The notes below the pieces were generated by a model that made no database searches, was not told the DNA's origin, and saw only the letters and a list, made by a program, of their open reading frames with translations. 64,000 bases of DNA from Candidatus Eiseniibacteriota bacterium (GTDB taxonomy: Bacteria > Orphanbacterota > Orphanbacteria > Orphanbacterales > Orphanbacteraceae). Position numbers and translations under genes: made by a program. Where the stretch lies: the NCBI GenBank assembly GCA_029262235.1, contig JAJCZU010000002.1:1142927-1206926 (forward strand). Reading direction: 5' to 3'. Numbering within the stretch: the first letter of the stretch is position 1; each line of letters begins with the position of its first letter. This document shows, one piece after another, positions 37,394 through 47,343 of this stretch.

Positions 37394-40300
37394 TCAGACG
37401 GCGAAGTAGCGGGCATCCGGATGGTGAAACACGAGCGCGGAAACGCTGGCTTCGGGATCCATCATGTCGCCTTCGGTGAGCGAAACGCCGATCTCGGTCG
37501 GATCGAGCAGCGCGAAAAGGAGCTGCTGGCCGGCAAGATCGGGGCAGGCGGGATAGCCGAAACTGTAGCGCTTGCCACGATACCGGGCGGACAGCGTCTC
37601 TTTCATCGTCATCGCGGCCGGGTCCGGGAAGCCCCATCGCCTGCGGATGTCGCGATGCACCCACTCGGCAGCCGCCTCGGCGGTCTCGAGTGCGAGCGCT
37701 GCCAGCGCGTGGCTTCGCAGGTACTCGCCCTGCTGCTTGTATTTCTCGACCCGCTCACGCATGGCGCTTCCGGCGGTCGTGACGAAAAGGGCGACATGAT
37801 CGTTCTCGGGAAGCACGTAGTCCGCAAGACAGAGCCCGTCCGGGCCGGCCCTTCGCGGAAGATCCCAGTGCCCGGCCTCCGCGCCACCGGAGTCGAGGAG
37901 AGTGAGGCGGTTCCCGTCCGACACGGCGCGATAGAAGCGATGCACCGCGCGCGCTTCCAGACCATCGCGCCGCCACTCGTCCTGCAGGCTCTTGACGAGA
38001 CGCTTCAGATCGGCAAGCTTCGGGTCGTTCTTCTTCGCGAGACGCTCGACGCCTCCGCGGAGGCCGAGGTGTTTTCCGTAGAGCATCTGCTCGCTGAGAA
38101 GCGACCATACGCCGTCGAGATCAAGCACATCGACATGGCGATCGAGATCGGGGGGGACCGGTGCTTCGATCGAGCGATCGACGAGCGAACTCGGGGTCGT
38201 CCCCGCTTCCGCCTGGTCGGGCACGCTCTCCTGTGCGGATTCGCGATCGGCCGCCACCGATTCGGCGACCTCCGCCGCGAGTACGCCGCGCTCCTTCTCG
38301 TCCGTAAGACGCTCGACGAGCCGCAGCCCGGTCATGGCGTCTTCCGCGTACGTGCAGAGGCCGTCGTATGCCGCCGCAATCTTCTTGTGCGTGAAGCGGC
38401 GCGAGAGGGCCGCCCCGCCTACGAGGAGCGGCGTCGTGACACCCTGCGCCCGCAGGTCCCCTGCGGTCAGCACCATCTGCTGGGCGCTCTTCACAAGAAG
38501 ACCGGAGAGGCCGATCACATCCGGGTTGTGCTCACGCACGGCCTGCAGAATCCGTTCGCTCGGAATCTTGATCCCTAAATTGATAACTTTAAAACCGTTG
38601 TTCGAAAGAATGATGTCGACCAGATTTTTCCCGATGTCGTGCACGTCTCCCTTGACGGTCGCAAGCAGAACGCGCCCGCGCGTCGCATCTTCGCTCTTGT
38701 CCATGTACGGCTCGAGATGAGAGACGGCGGCCTTCATTGCTTCCGCGCTCTGCAGTACCTCCGCGACGATCAACTGGTTCGACGAGAAGAGCCGGCCCAC
38801 TTCCGCCATTCCCTTCATGAGCGGCCCGTTGATGATCGCGAGCGGCCCGTCCCACCGACCGTCCCCGAGCGCCGTGTCGAGATCTTCCGTCAGTCCGACT
38901 TTGCTTCCCTCGACGATGGCGCGCGCGATGCGATCTTCGAGCGGCAGCGATTCGCGCGGCGTGGCCGATTCGCGCTTGCGTCCGCGGAAGTGCAACGTGA
39001 ACGCTTCGATCGCGGCCTGGCTTCCGGCTTCGTCGCCCGGATCGAGGAAGATCAGGCTTTCCGCCAGGCGGCGTTCCTCTTCGGGGATTTCGGCGTACCG
39101 TGCGAGGCGTTCCGTGTTGACGATCGCGGCGTCCAGACCCGCGCGCGTCGCGTGATGCAGAAAGACGGCGTTCAGCACTTCGCGTCCGGCGGGGGGGAGC
39201 CCGAACGAGACGTTCGAAATGCCCAGTATCGTTTTCGTGAGCGGGAATTCGCCCTTGAGCATACGGACGCCTTCGATGGTAGCCCCTGCGGAGCCGATGT
39301 ACTGGACGTCGCCGGTGCCGCATGGAAAGACGAGGGCGTCCCACAGGATGTCCTCGGGCGGTATCCCGTACTCTTCCGTCAGCAGTTCGTAGCTCCGGGC
39401 GGCCACTTCGCGTTTTCGCTCCACCGTAACGGCCATGCCCTGATCGGGATCCTCGTCGATCAGTCCGACCACGAGCGAGGCGCCGTACTTTCTGGCGAGC
39501 GGTACCACCTGATCGAAACGCTCCGGCCCGTCTTCGAGATTGATCGAGTTCAGAATCGACTTGCCCTGGCAGTATGTCAGCGCTCTTTCCATGACCTTGT
39601 GATCGGTGGAGTCGATCATGAGAGGCACGCGCACCATGCGCACGATCCGGTCGAGAAAACGTTCGATGTCGTCCAGCTCGTCGCGATCGGGATTCTGCAT
39701 GCAGATGTCGACGATCTGAGCGCCCGTGCGAACCTGGGCGCGCCCGACTTCCGCGGCCGCTTCGAAATCGCCGGCTTCGATTAATCGCTTGAACTTGCGG
39801 CTGCCGAGAACGTTCGTACGCTCGCCGACGAGGAGCGGGCGGTTGTCGTTCGTGAGCTCCACCGCTTCCATGCCGGAGAGCAATGTTCGCTGATGGATAG
39901 ACGAGCTGCGGGGCGTTCGCTCGCGCACCATGGCGGCGAGCGCCTTGATATGGGTGGGCGTCGTTCCACAGCAGCCGCCGACGAGATTGAGCCAGCCTTC
40001 GTCCGCGAACCGGCCGAGAATGCCGGCAACGTGCTCGGCGTCCTGCGAATAGAGTCCATCCTCGTTCGGGAGCCCCGCGTTCGGCACACAGGCAACGCGC
40101 GTCCGCGCCAGTCCGGAAATCGTACGGAGATGGTCGGTCATGAGATCGGGGCCCGAACCACAGTTCAGGCCGAGGTACAGCAGTTCGGGGTGGAGCATGG
40201 AAATGGCGTACGCCTCCGCATCCTGGCCCGCCAGCATGGTCCCCATGGTTTCGATCGTCGCCGAAACCGCAACGGGAAGCGTGCGCCCCGTCGCGCCCGC

Positions 40301-40867
40301 CGCGTCATCGATCCCGAGAAGGCCCGCTTTGATATTGCGCGTGTCCTGGCACGTTTCGAGCAGCAGATAATCCGCGCCGCCTTCGATAAGACCGATGGCC
40401 TGATCGCGGTACGACGCGCGCAGTTCCTCGAACGTGACGCCCCCCGTAACCGAAATGGCCTTCGTGGTCGGCCCCATCGATCCGCACACGAACCGCAGGC
40501 GCCCGGGCGCATCGAACTCCGCGCACGCCTCGCGCGCGATTTCCGCGGCAAGGCGATTGATTTCGATCGCGTGGTCCTGCAGATCGTATTCCGCGAGCAC
40601 GATGCTCGCCCCGCCGAACGTGTTCGTCTCGATGATGTCCGCGCCCACCGCCAGGTAGTCACGATGCAGATCGAGCACGACGTCGGGCCGCGTTCTTACG
40701 AGGTTTTCGTTACACCCTTCGAGCGCCGGACCGCCGAAATCGTCTGCAGCAAGATTCCGCGCCTGGAAGCCGGTGCCGGTGGCCCCGTCCATGACGAGAA
40801 TCCGTTCGTCGAATGCGTCGTAAAGCGCCGCCTCGCGGGCCGCGCGGTCCTGTTGTGTTTCACTCAT
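37394..40867 (-). CDS. metH: cobalamin-dependent methionine synthase
   Basis: 1157 aa; Hcy-binding and pterin-binding barrels, B12-binding DxHxxG (DVHDIGKN), C-terminal reactivation domain. Confidence 0.9.
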   Translation of the reverse strand: MSETQQDRAAREAALYDAFDERILVMDGATGTGFQARNLAADDFGGPALEGCNENLVRTRPDVVLDLHRDYLAVGADIIETNTFGGASIVLAEYDLQDHAIEINRLAAEIAREACAEFDAPGRLRFVCGSMGPTTKAISVTGGVTFEELRASYRDQAIGLIEGGADYLLLETCQDTRNIKAGLLGIDDAAGATGRTLPVAVSATIETMGTMLAGQDAEAYAISMLHPELLYLGLNCGSGPDLMTDHLRTISGLARTRVACVPNAGLPNEDGLYSQDAEHVAGILGRFADEGWLNLVGGCCGTTPTHIKALAAMVRERTPRSSSIHQRTLLSGMEAVELTNDNRPLLVGERTNVLGSRKFKRLIEAGDFEAAAEVGRAQVRTGAQIVDICMQNPDRDELDDIERFLDRIVRMVRVPLMIDSTDHKVMERALTYCQGKSILNSINLEDGPERFDQVVPLARKYGASLVVGLIDEDPDQGMAVTVERKREVAARSYELLTEEYGIPPEDILWDALVFPCGTGDVQYIGSAGATIEGVRMLKGEFPLTKTILGISNVSFGLPPAGREVLNAVFLHHATRAGLDAAIVNTERLARYAEIPEEERRLAESLIFLDPGDEAGSQAAIEAFTLHFRGRKRESATPRESLPLEDRIARAIVEGSKVGLTEDLDTALGDGRWDGPLAIINGPLMKGMAEVGRLFSSNQLIVAEVLQSAEAMKAAVSHLEPYMDKSEDATRGRVLLATVKGDVHDIGKNLVDIILSNNGFKVINLGIKIPSERILQAVREHNPDVIGLSGLLVKSAQQMVLTAGDLRAQGVTTPLLVGGAALSRRFTHKKIAAAYDGLCTYAEDAMTGLRLVERLTDEKERGVLAAEVAESVAADRESAQESVPDQAEAGTTPSSLVDRSIEAPVPPDLDRHVDVLDLDGVWSLLSEQMLYGKHLGLRGGVERLAKKNDPKLADLKRLVKSLQDEWRRDGLEARAVHRFYRAVSDGNRLTLLDSGGAEAGHWDLPRRAGPDGLCLADYVLPENDHVALFVTTAGSAMRERVEKYKQQGEYLRSHALAALALETAEAAAEWVHRDIRRRWGFPDPAAMTMKETLSARYRGKRYSFGYPACPDLAGQQLLFALLDPTEIGVSLTEGDMMDPEASVSALVFHHPDARYFAV

Positions 40868-40869
40868 GA

Positions 40870-42708
40870 TTAAAGGATCTCATCCAGTATGCGCTGTGCC
40901 GCTTCCGTTCGCCCGAACGGCGCGGCAATTTGAACGCCTTGTGTGTTGTTCTTCATATGGCGGAATGTTTCGAGTGCGATTGCGAGCCCTTCCTCGCGCG
41001 CGTCCTCGCGTGAATCGCACTTTCTGAGGCGCTCGATCACATCCGCGGGCACCGAACATCCCGGCACTTCGTTGTTCATGAACTCCGCGTTCCGCAGAGA
41101 CTGCAGCGGCCAGAGGCCCGCGATCACGGGAACGTCGAATCGCTCCACTTTCTCGAGAAAGCGATTCAGAACATCGAGATCGAACACGGGTTGCGTAATA
41201 ATGTACTCGGCGCCGGCCTCGAGCTTCCAGTAAAGCCGCTTCAGTTCCTGGTCGAGGTTCAGCGCGCCCGGATCCGCTCCGACGCCGATGCAGAATCCTG
41301 CCGGCTCTCCGATCGGATTCGCGGCGATGTCGAGCCCGTGATTCAGGCGGTTCAAGATATTCGTAAGTCCGATCGAGTCGATATCGAACACGGCCGTTGC
41401 GTCCGGATAGTTCCCGAGCTTCGGCGGATCGCCCGTGATGGCCAGTATGTTGCGGACGCCGAGCGCCCACGCACCCAGAAGATCGCTCTGGATCCCGATC
41501 ACGTTCCTGTCGCGGCACGCGTAATGAAGCACCGCTTCGATACCGACCTCGCGTTGAATCTGGATCGCGAGGGAGAGTGCGCTCATGCGCGCCATCGCGC
41601 GCGGTCCGTCGGGAATATTGATGCAGTCGACGCCGAGCACGTGCATCCTGCGCGCGGCTTCGAGCTCCTTTTTCGCGCTCGTGCCACGGGGGGCCACGAG
41701 CTCGACGAGCGTCACGAAGCGCCCGGTCGCGAGCTTCCCGCCCAGGCGACTCTTGTCGTACAGCGCGCGGGGTTCGACCTCCGGAGGCGCTTCGACCGCT
41801 TCGATCGGAGCGCGCGCGACGACCGACATCGCCGCCTCGGCCCGAAACGTGCGCGCCATCGCTTTCAGATGAGAGGGGGAGACGCCGCAGCATCCCCCGA
41901 CAACACTGGCGCCCGCCTGCAGAAACCGCTTCGTGAAGCTGGCGAGATATTCCGGCGTGCTCAGATAGATATTGCGCCCTTCGACGTCGCGCGGCTTGCC
42001 GGCGTTCGGCATCACGGCGAGCGGCACTTCGGTATTCTCGCGCACCGTTTCGAGCCACTCCAGCATCACGTGCGGGCCGACCGAACAGTTGACGCCCACG
42101 AGATCGGCTCCCACCGAGAGAAGGTCGGTCAGCACCTGCGAGGGGGAAGCGCCCGTCAGTGAACCGGCGTCATCGGTGATCGTGAGCTCCGCCAGGATCG
42201 GAATGTCCGGCGCGATCTGACGGCAGGCGCGCACGGCTTCCGCCAGTTCCGAGTGATACGTGAACGTTTCACATACGAAGAGATCGATGCCGCCCGCAAC
42301 AAGTGCCTCCACCTGCTCCGCGAACATGTCGCGCGCTTCAGACAGCGCAAGGGGGCCGAGCGGTTCGATCTGAACACCGAGAGGGCCGACGCAGCCCGCG
42401 ACCCACACTTCGTCGCCCGCCGCCTGCTGCGCAATCTCCGCCCCGCGACGATTGATTTCGACGACTTGATCCGCAAGCCCGTGTCGCTTCAGTTTCGCGC
42501 GATTCGCGCTGAACGTGTTGGTCGTGAGCACTTCCGCGCCCGCGGCCCTGAATTCCTCGTGCAGAGAGCGCACGAGATCCGGATCGCTGAGATTCACCTG
42601 GTCGAACGACCGGTTGATGTAGACGCCGCGTTCGTAGAGGCTCGTCCCCATGCCGCCGTCGAACAGAACGGGGCCCTGGAGAAGGCGCTCTCGAAACGGG
42701 ATCTTCAT
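40870..42708 (-). CDS. bifunctional homocysteine S-methyltransferase / 5,10-methylenetetrahydrofolate reductase (YitJ-like)
   Basis: N-terminal Hcy-binding domain (VLFDGGMGTSLY) fused to a C-terminal MTHFR-like domain; start taken at MKIPFRERL (42708); the ORF-track start at 42759 is the alternative. Confidence 0.8.
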   Translation of the reverse strand: MKIPFRERLLQGPVLFDGGMGTSLYERGVYINRSFDQVNLSDPDLVRSLHEEFRAAGAEVLTTNTFSANRAKLKRHGLADQVVEINRRGAEIAQQAAGDEVWVAGCVGPLGVQIEPLGPLALSEARDMFAEQVEALVAGGIDLFVCETFTYHSELAEAVRACRQIAPDIPILAELTITDDAGSLTGASPSQVLTDLLSVGADLVGVNCSVGPHVMLEWLETVRENTEVPLAVMPNAGKPRDVEGRNIYLSTPEYLASFTKRFLQAGASVVGGCCGVSPSHLKAMARTFRAEAAMSVVARAPIEAVEAPPEVEPRALYDKSRLGGKLATGRFVTLVELVAPRGTSAKKELEAARRMHVLGVDCINIPDGPRAMARMSALSLAIQIQREVGIEAVLHYACRDRNVIGIQSDLLGAWALGVRNILAITGDPPKLGNYPDATAVFDIDSIGLTNILNRLNHGLDIAANPIGEPAGFCIGVGADPGALNLDQELKRLYWKLEAGAEYIITQPVFDLDVLNRFLEKVERFDVPVIAGLWPLQSLRNAEFMNNEVPGCSVPADVIERLRKCDSREDAREEGLAIALETFRHMKNNTQGVQIAAPFGRTEAAQRILDEIL

Positions 42709-42737
42709 AGCGGGGCCTTCCGTAAGGGGAGAAGGAG

Positions 42738-43259
42738 CTAGCGGTTCGTAATTCCCCACGCATCGAAGCCGACGGCGGGATCGTCATGTGGAATACGGAA
42801 TTCGTCGGACGGGTCGTAGGTCCTGTTCGTGTAGTAGACCATCACCAGATCGTCCCCCGGCATGACCTCGTATCCGTGCGCCACCCCCGCGGGGATGCGA
42901 ACGGCCCGCGGGTAGAGTTCGCCCGCGAAAATCGAGTGCGCCACGCCGTAAGTGGGGGAGTCGACCCGGAAGTCGACAAGCGCAATCCGCGCCTTGCCCA
43001 TGACGGGGAGGAAGATGTCGTCCTGCTTCTTATGATAGTGGAAAGCTTTGATGACGCCAGCCTGGGACCGGGTGGTGGAAGTCTGGCGAAACGTAAAACC
43101 GGCGGCGATGGGGTCGTCATGACGAAAGACCTCGGCGAAGTGGCCGCGATCGTCCGGAAACAGACGAAGAGACCGGATCACGACTCCGTCGATCAGGCCG
43201 TCAGGCGCGTCGCCCTGAACAATGGTGTGAGTGCGAATGTTTGTCGGCTCCAGACGCAT
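42738..43259 (-). CDS. rfbC: dTDP-4-dehydrorhamnose 3,5-epimerase
   Basis: Cupin-type RmlC sequence; ATG at 43259 is preceded by GGAGGAG, so it is preferred over the ORF-track start at 43337. Confidence 0.8.
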   Translation of the reverse strand: MRLEPTNIRTHTIVQGDAPDGLIDGVVIRSLRLFPDDRGHFAEVFRHDDPIAAGFTFRQTSTTRSQAGVIKAFHYHKKQDDIFLPVMGKARIALVDFRVDSPTYGVAHSIFAGELYPRAVRIPAGVAHGYEVMPGDDLVMVYYTNRTYDPSDEFRIPHDDPAVGFDAWGITNR

Positions 43260-43404
43260 GCGTACGTACTCCTCCACGGGCCGGGCGGGCTTTGTGCGTG
43301 CGGAAAACAGAATCTGCGTGTACGATGCCGCAGGCATCCGGCAAGGTCAAGGGGAAAGGGGCTTGCGGCGGCCCTCCGACAAACCCCGTAAGTGCATGGA
43401 AGAC

Positions 43405-43434
43405 TTGACGCAGCGCCGTTTTTCATGGTATCGT
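43405..43434 (+). promoter_or_regulatory. candidate promoter for the polysaccharide locus (-35 TTGACG, 18-bp spacer, extended -10 TGgTATCGT)
   Basis: Read directly in the divergent rmlC / sugar-transferase intergenic region; prediction only. Confidence 0.3.
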
Positions 43435-43441
43435 AAGAAGG

Positions 43442-43454
43442 CGTCACAGTGACG
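43442..43454. promoter_or_regulatory. 13-bp palindrome CGTCACaGTGACG followed by a GTGAC direct repeat (candidate operator)
   Basis: Perfect 6-1-6 inverted repeat immediately downstream of the candidate -10 element. Confidence 0.25.
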
Positions 43455-43576
43455 TGACGACCCTCCCCCGCATCATCCTCAGCAGGAGCATACGTACAAC
43501 GAACCTTGCTATCGAGCGGGACCGAACGAAATCGACGGTTCCATACATCCCTGAAGGACACCACGAGGGAAACTCG

Positions 43577-44218
43577 ATGACCGAGGTTCTACTCTCCCTT
43601 CCCATGGAGAAGCGGAGTACGTATGCATTCGTCAAGCGCGCGGTCGACATTCTGGTCGCCGGCGTTTTCCTTGTTGCATTTTTCCCTCTTTTTCTCATGA
43701 TAGCGTTGCTGATTCGTATCGACTCACCAGGGCCGGTCATCTTTCGGCAGGTCCGCGTGGGAAAAGATGGAAAAAGATTTAACTTCTATAAATTCCGGTC
43801 GATGGTTAAAGATGCGGAGCAAATGAAGCAAAGTCTGCTGGATCAGAACGAAGCGGAACAACCGTTGTTCAAGATTCGTGAGGATCCGCGGATCACACGA
43901 CTGGGTAAGTTCTTGCGGCTCAGCAGCTTGGACGAAGTACCCCAGCTGTTCAACGTTCTGCGCGGCGACCTGACGCTCGTGGGGCCCAGGCCGCATCTTC
44001 CGGAAGAAGTCCGTGAGTACACGGAGGCGCACCGGATCAGGCTGAGTGTGGCGCCGGGAATCACCTGTCTCTGGCAGGCGAATCACCGGTTGTCGACGAA
44101 ATTCGTGGACTGGATCGAGTCGGACATCCGTTACGTGAACGAGCGATCGTTCGCACTCGATCTGAAGATATTGTGGGACACGCTGATCACGGTCCTAAGC
44201 AGGAGAAACGCGGCTTGA
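43577..44218 (+). CDS. short-form sugar phosphotransferase (PglC-like bacterial sugar transferase)
   Basis: About 213 aa with a single N-terminal TM and the C-terminal PRP...DxxY...W catalytic region of the bacterial sugar transferase family; ATG at 43577 preceded by GAGGGA. Confidence 0.8.
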   Translation: MTEVLLSLPMEKRSTYAFVKRAVDILVAGVFLVAFFPLFLMIALLIRIDSPGPVIFRQVRVGKDGKRFNFYKFRSMVKDAEQMKQSLLDQNEAEQPLFKIREDPRITRLGKFLRLSSLDEVPQLFNVLRGDLTLVGPRPHLPEEVREYTEAHRIRLSVAPGITCLWQANHRLSTKFVDWIESDIRYVNERSFALDLKILWDTLITVLSRRNAA

Positions 44219-45078
44219 AACGGATCGCTCTTCTCATGGCCGGCTCACTGGCCGTCTGGATACTCTTCGCGGGTTGCGGTTCGCGCCCCGGTTTCGAGGC
44301 GGACTTCGCGGAAGGCCCTCGTGTGGACGCCCCGGAAAGCGGGATGACCGACGAGGAACTGGACAAGATCCGGCGTGAGGAAGCGGCGCAGCGAAAAACC
44401 GAGTTGCGCGAGATGATCGCGGCCGATCGCCTGCAGGCGGTCGACTCCGAACGCGAGGGCGTGGACATTTACGCAGGGGTGGGACCGTATCGTCTCGGGC
44501 CCGGCGATGTGTTTCTGCTCCGGTTCGCGCCGCAGAACGAAATGAACGCGTCGTTCACGGTGCAGCCCGACGGCATGGTCAACTTCGACCTGATCGGGGA
44601 GCTCCCCGTCGCAGGGATGACGCCGTCCGATCTCGGGAAAACTCTCGAAGAACTGTACGCGGTCTATCTGCGCGATCCGATCATCAACGTCACGATGCGG
44701 GAGACGACCTCCCAGCGGCTTTATGTGTTCGGCGAGGTCACGAGACCGGGCATGTTCGAGCTGAAGAATCCGACCACGCTCACGCACGCGCTCAGCATGG
44801 CGGGCGGGTGGAAGGATTCGGCACGCATGGAAAACGTCATGGTGATCCGCGTCGGCGAGGATGACGTGCCGTTCGCGTTTCAGATCGACATCAAGGAGAT
44901 GCTGGAAGAGCGCGTCGTGCACAGAGACGTCACGCTTCAGAATATGGATATCGTATACGTACCGGAAGGCAGGATCTCGGCGACGGGAGACTGGATCGCG
45001 CGCTTCTTCCGGATCGTGCAGCCGCCGATCGACGCGGCATGGCGCGCTGTCATCGTGAAGAACGGGTTCACTCCGTAG
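44215..45078 (+). CDS. polysaccharide export outer-membrane lipoprotein (Wza/OPX-like)
   Basis: Lipoprotein signal (LAVWILFAGC) then polysaccharide-export-type sequence; TTG start after AGGAGA, overlapping the upstream stop. Confidence 0.7.
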   Translation: MKRIALLMAGSLAVWILFAGCGSRPGFEADFAEGPRVDAPESGMTDEELDKIRREEAAQRKTELREMIAADRLQAVDSEREGVDIYAGVGPYRLGPGDVFLLRFAPQNEMNASFTVQPDGMVNFDLIGELPVAGMTPSDLGKTLEELYAVYLRDPIINVTMRETTSQRLYVFGEVTRPGMFELKNPTTLTHALSMAGGWKDSARMENVMVIRVGEDDVPFAFQIDIKEMLEERVVHRDVTLQNMDIVYVPEGRISATGDWIARFFRIVQPPIDAAWRAVIVKNGFTP

Positions 45079-45126
45079 GCACACTGTGTTTACGCAATCG
45101 ATAACGAGCGGGGCACCGGGAACGGC

Positions 45127-46554
45127 ATGAGCGATCAGGATACGAAAACAGTGGAAAACAACCACCGTCGCGAGGGGGCTACCTCGGAGTCCATCCGCGA
45201 GGGGGGGCAGCTCACCGGGCGCGATATCTTCAAAGTCCTCTTTCGCCGCAAATGGGTCATCCTGCTGCTGTTCCTGACCACACTCGTCTTCGTTCTCTGG
45301 CAGGCGAGTCAGATTCCGACGGAATACCGCGCCACGGCGGAAGTATTGATCAATCGCGGACAGCGCAAGAGCGCGCTCGACAGAAACGTTTCGCTCCTGA
45401 CATGGGACGAAACGGTGGCGACCGAGCTGCAGATCGCCGAGAGTCGTCCGGTCATCAAGAGCGCGCAGGCCGCGCTCAATGCCGAGGCGGAAGCGAACGG
45501 TACCAAACCGATCGAGATCATCGCGAATAAAGTCCGGTCGCGACTCATGGAAGAGTCGAACGTGGTCGGAGTCATGTATACGTCACTCCGCGAGGAAGAC
45601 GCCCGGCCTGTGGCCAACGCGCTCGCGACCGCCTACATCGAGTACCACAAACAGCTCTTCGCGCTTCCCGACGCCACCTCGTTCTTTGTCGAACGCGTGG
45701 CGTCCGCGGAAGAAAACCTGACCGACCTCATGTCGCGTCGCCAGGCGATCAAAGAGGCGGGCACGATCACGCGCATGGCGACGCAGCAGGATCTGCTGCT
45801 CCAGGAAATGCGCACGATCCGCGAATCACTCATGAAGGACGAGAAGGAATACGCGGCGATGCAGACCGAGCTGGAACAGGCGCGACGGCTGTACCGGGGC
45901 GGAGTCGACATGCCGTTCGGCACCACGCGCGACGAGGGGAACGCCGGTCTCGCGCGCATCATGCTGCGTCTCAAGGAAGATCTGCTCAAGCTGAAGCAGA
46001 ACCGCGACCAGCTTCTTACGAAGTACACTCCGCAGCACCCGCAGGTGCTTGCGCTCGACGACCAGATTGAGAAAGTGCAGGAGAGTCTGACGGATGAGAC
46101 GGGCCAGGTTCTGCAGGTCAAGGAATCCGAGATCGCGATCAAGCGCTCCGAGATCCAGGATCTGCGGGAAAGCCTGAACAACCTGAACGCGAAAATGCGG
46201 GAGATGCCGCGGATCGAACGGGAACTGGACGACCTCGACAGGTCCATCGACCTCGCTAGCAAAGCGTACCAGGAACTGCTCGACAACCAGGTGCGCATTC
46301 AGGTGGCCGAAGTAAGCTCACGCGACTTTACGCTGACGCTGCTTTCGGATGCCGGCGCTCCCATCGCAAGCAACCCGCGCGACCCCGTGAGGCTCGCGCT
46401 CGTTCCCGCGTTCAGTCTGTTGGTCGGGGTCAGCCTGGCCTTCTTTCTCGAAACAATGGACCACTCCTTCAAGAGCCGTGAGGACGTGGAACGATATCTC
46501 GATCTTTCGGTGCTGGCTTCCGTGCCCGACCGGAAGAAAGCGTTGACCCGCTGA
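45127..46554 (+). CDS. polysaccharide co-polymerase / chain-length determinant (Wzz/GumC-like)
   Basis: 475 aa; N-terminal TM, long coiled-coil periplasmic region, C-terminal TM. Confidence 0.7.
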   Translation: MSDQDTKTVENNHRREGATSESIREGGQLTGRDIFKVLFRRKWVILLLFLTTLVFVLWQASQIPTEYRATAEVLINRGQRKSALDRNVSLLTWDETVATELQIAESRPVIKSAQAALNAEAEANGTKPIEIIANKVRSRLMEESNVVGVMYTSLREEDARPVANALATAYIEYHKQLFALPDATSFFVERVASAEENLTDLMSRRQAIKEAGTITRMATQQDLLLQEMRTIRESLMKDEKEYAAMQTELEQARRLYRGGVDMPFGTTRDEGNAGLARIMLRLKEDLLKLKQNRDQLLTKYTPQHPQVLALDDQIEKVQESLTDETGQVLQVKESEIAIKRSEIQDLRESLNNLNAKMREMPRIERELDDLDRSIDLASKAYQELLDNQVRIQVAEVSSRDFTLTLLSDAGAPIASNPRDPVRLALVPAFSLLVGVSLAFFLETMDHSFKSREDVERYLDLSVLASVPDRKKALTR

Positions 46555-46566
46555 CGGACGGAATCG

Positions 46567-47343
46567 ATGAGCAAGATTTATGAAGCGCTGAATCGCGCGC
46601 GAGACGACGACGACGATCCGAAGAAGCCGACGCCGCCGACCGAAAAGCCGGTGGGCACCGGTTCGGGCTCGGGTACGCGCGGTGGTTTCGATCCTCGCAT
46701 ACTGAGCGAGGAACTGCAGAAGGTCGCCGTCGACTACGAAGCGCTGCACAGCTCGATGGAGAAGACCCTTTCGACCGTCGCCGGCCATGCGATCATGATG
46801 GTCTCCTCGGTCGAGGAAGAGGGCACGACCACGGTCGCCGCGGAATACGCGAGCACGCTCGGACGCGGCATTCCGCGCGGCACGCTGCTGATCGACGCGA
46901 ACTTCAGGAACCCTACGCTTCACGACGTGTTCGGCGTGCCGAACGATACCGGTTTCGCCGACGTCCTCCAGGAGCGTGTCACCCTGAAGCAGGCCGTGCA
47001 GACGCTTGCCGAAAACGAACTGTATCTGCTGACGGCGGGCCTTGTCGATTTCTCGCCGAGCGCGCGCATTTCGGGTTCTGTCGTCTCCCGGTTTCTCGCC
47101 GAGGCGAAAGCCCAGTACGGCGCCGTCATCCTGGACGGACCTCCCGTCATTCCGTATCCCGAGGCGGTCCACATCGCGAGCGCGGCCGACGGCGTTGTTT
47201 TCATCATCGAGTCGGAACGGACGAAGCGCGAGATCGTCGCGCGGGCGAAGGATGCGCTCGACGCGGTCGATGCCAACATTCTCGGAGTCGTGCTGAATCG
47301 CCGCCGCTATGTCATACCGGAATTCCTGTATCGCCAACTCTAA
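46567..47343 (+). CDS. BY-kinase-like P-loop protein with degenerate Walker A
   Basis: 258 aa; CpsD/CapB-like layout but the Walker A position reads VSSVEEEGTTT with no GK[ST]; Walker B-like VILDGPP is present. Confidence 0.6.
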   Translation: MSKIYEALNRARDDDDDPKKPTPPTEKPVGTGSGSGTRGGFDPRILSEELQKVAVDYEALHSSMEKTLSTVAGHAIMMVSSVEEEGTTTVAAEYASTLGRGIPRGTLLIDANFRNPTLHDVFGVPNDTGFADVLQERVTLKQAVQTLAENELYLLTAGLVDFSPSARISGSVVSRFLAEAKAQYGAVILDGPPVIPYPEAVHIASAADGVVFIIESERTKREIVARAKDALDAVDANILGVVLNRRRYVIPEFLYRQL

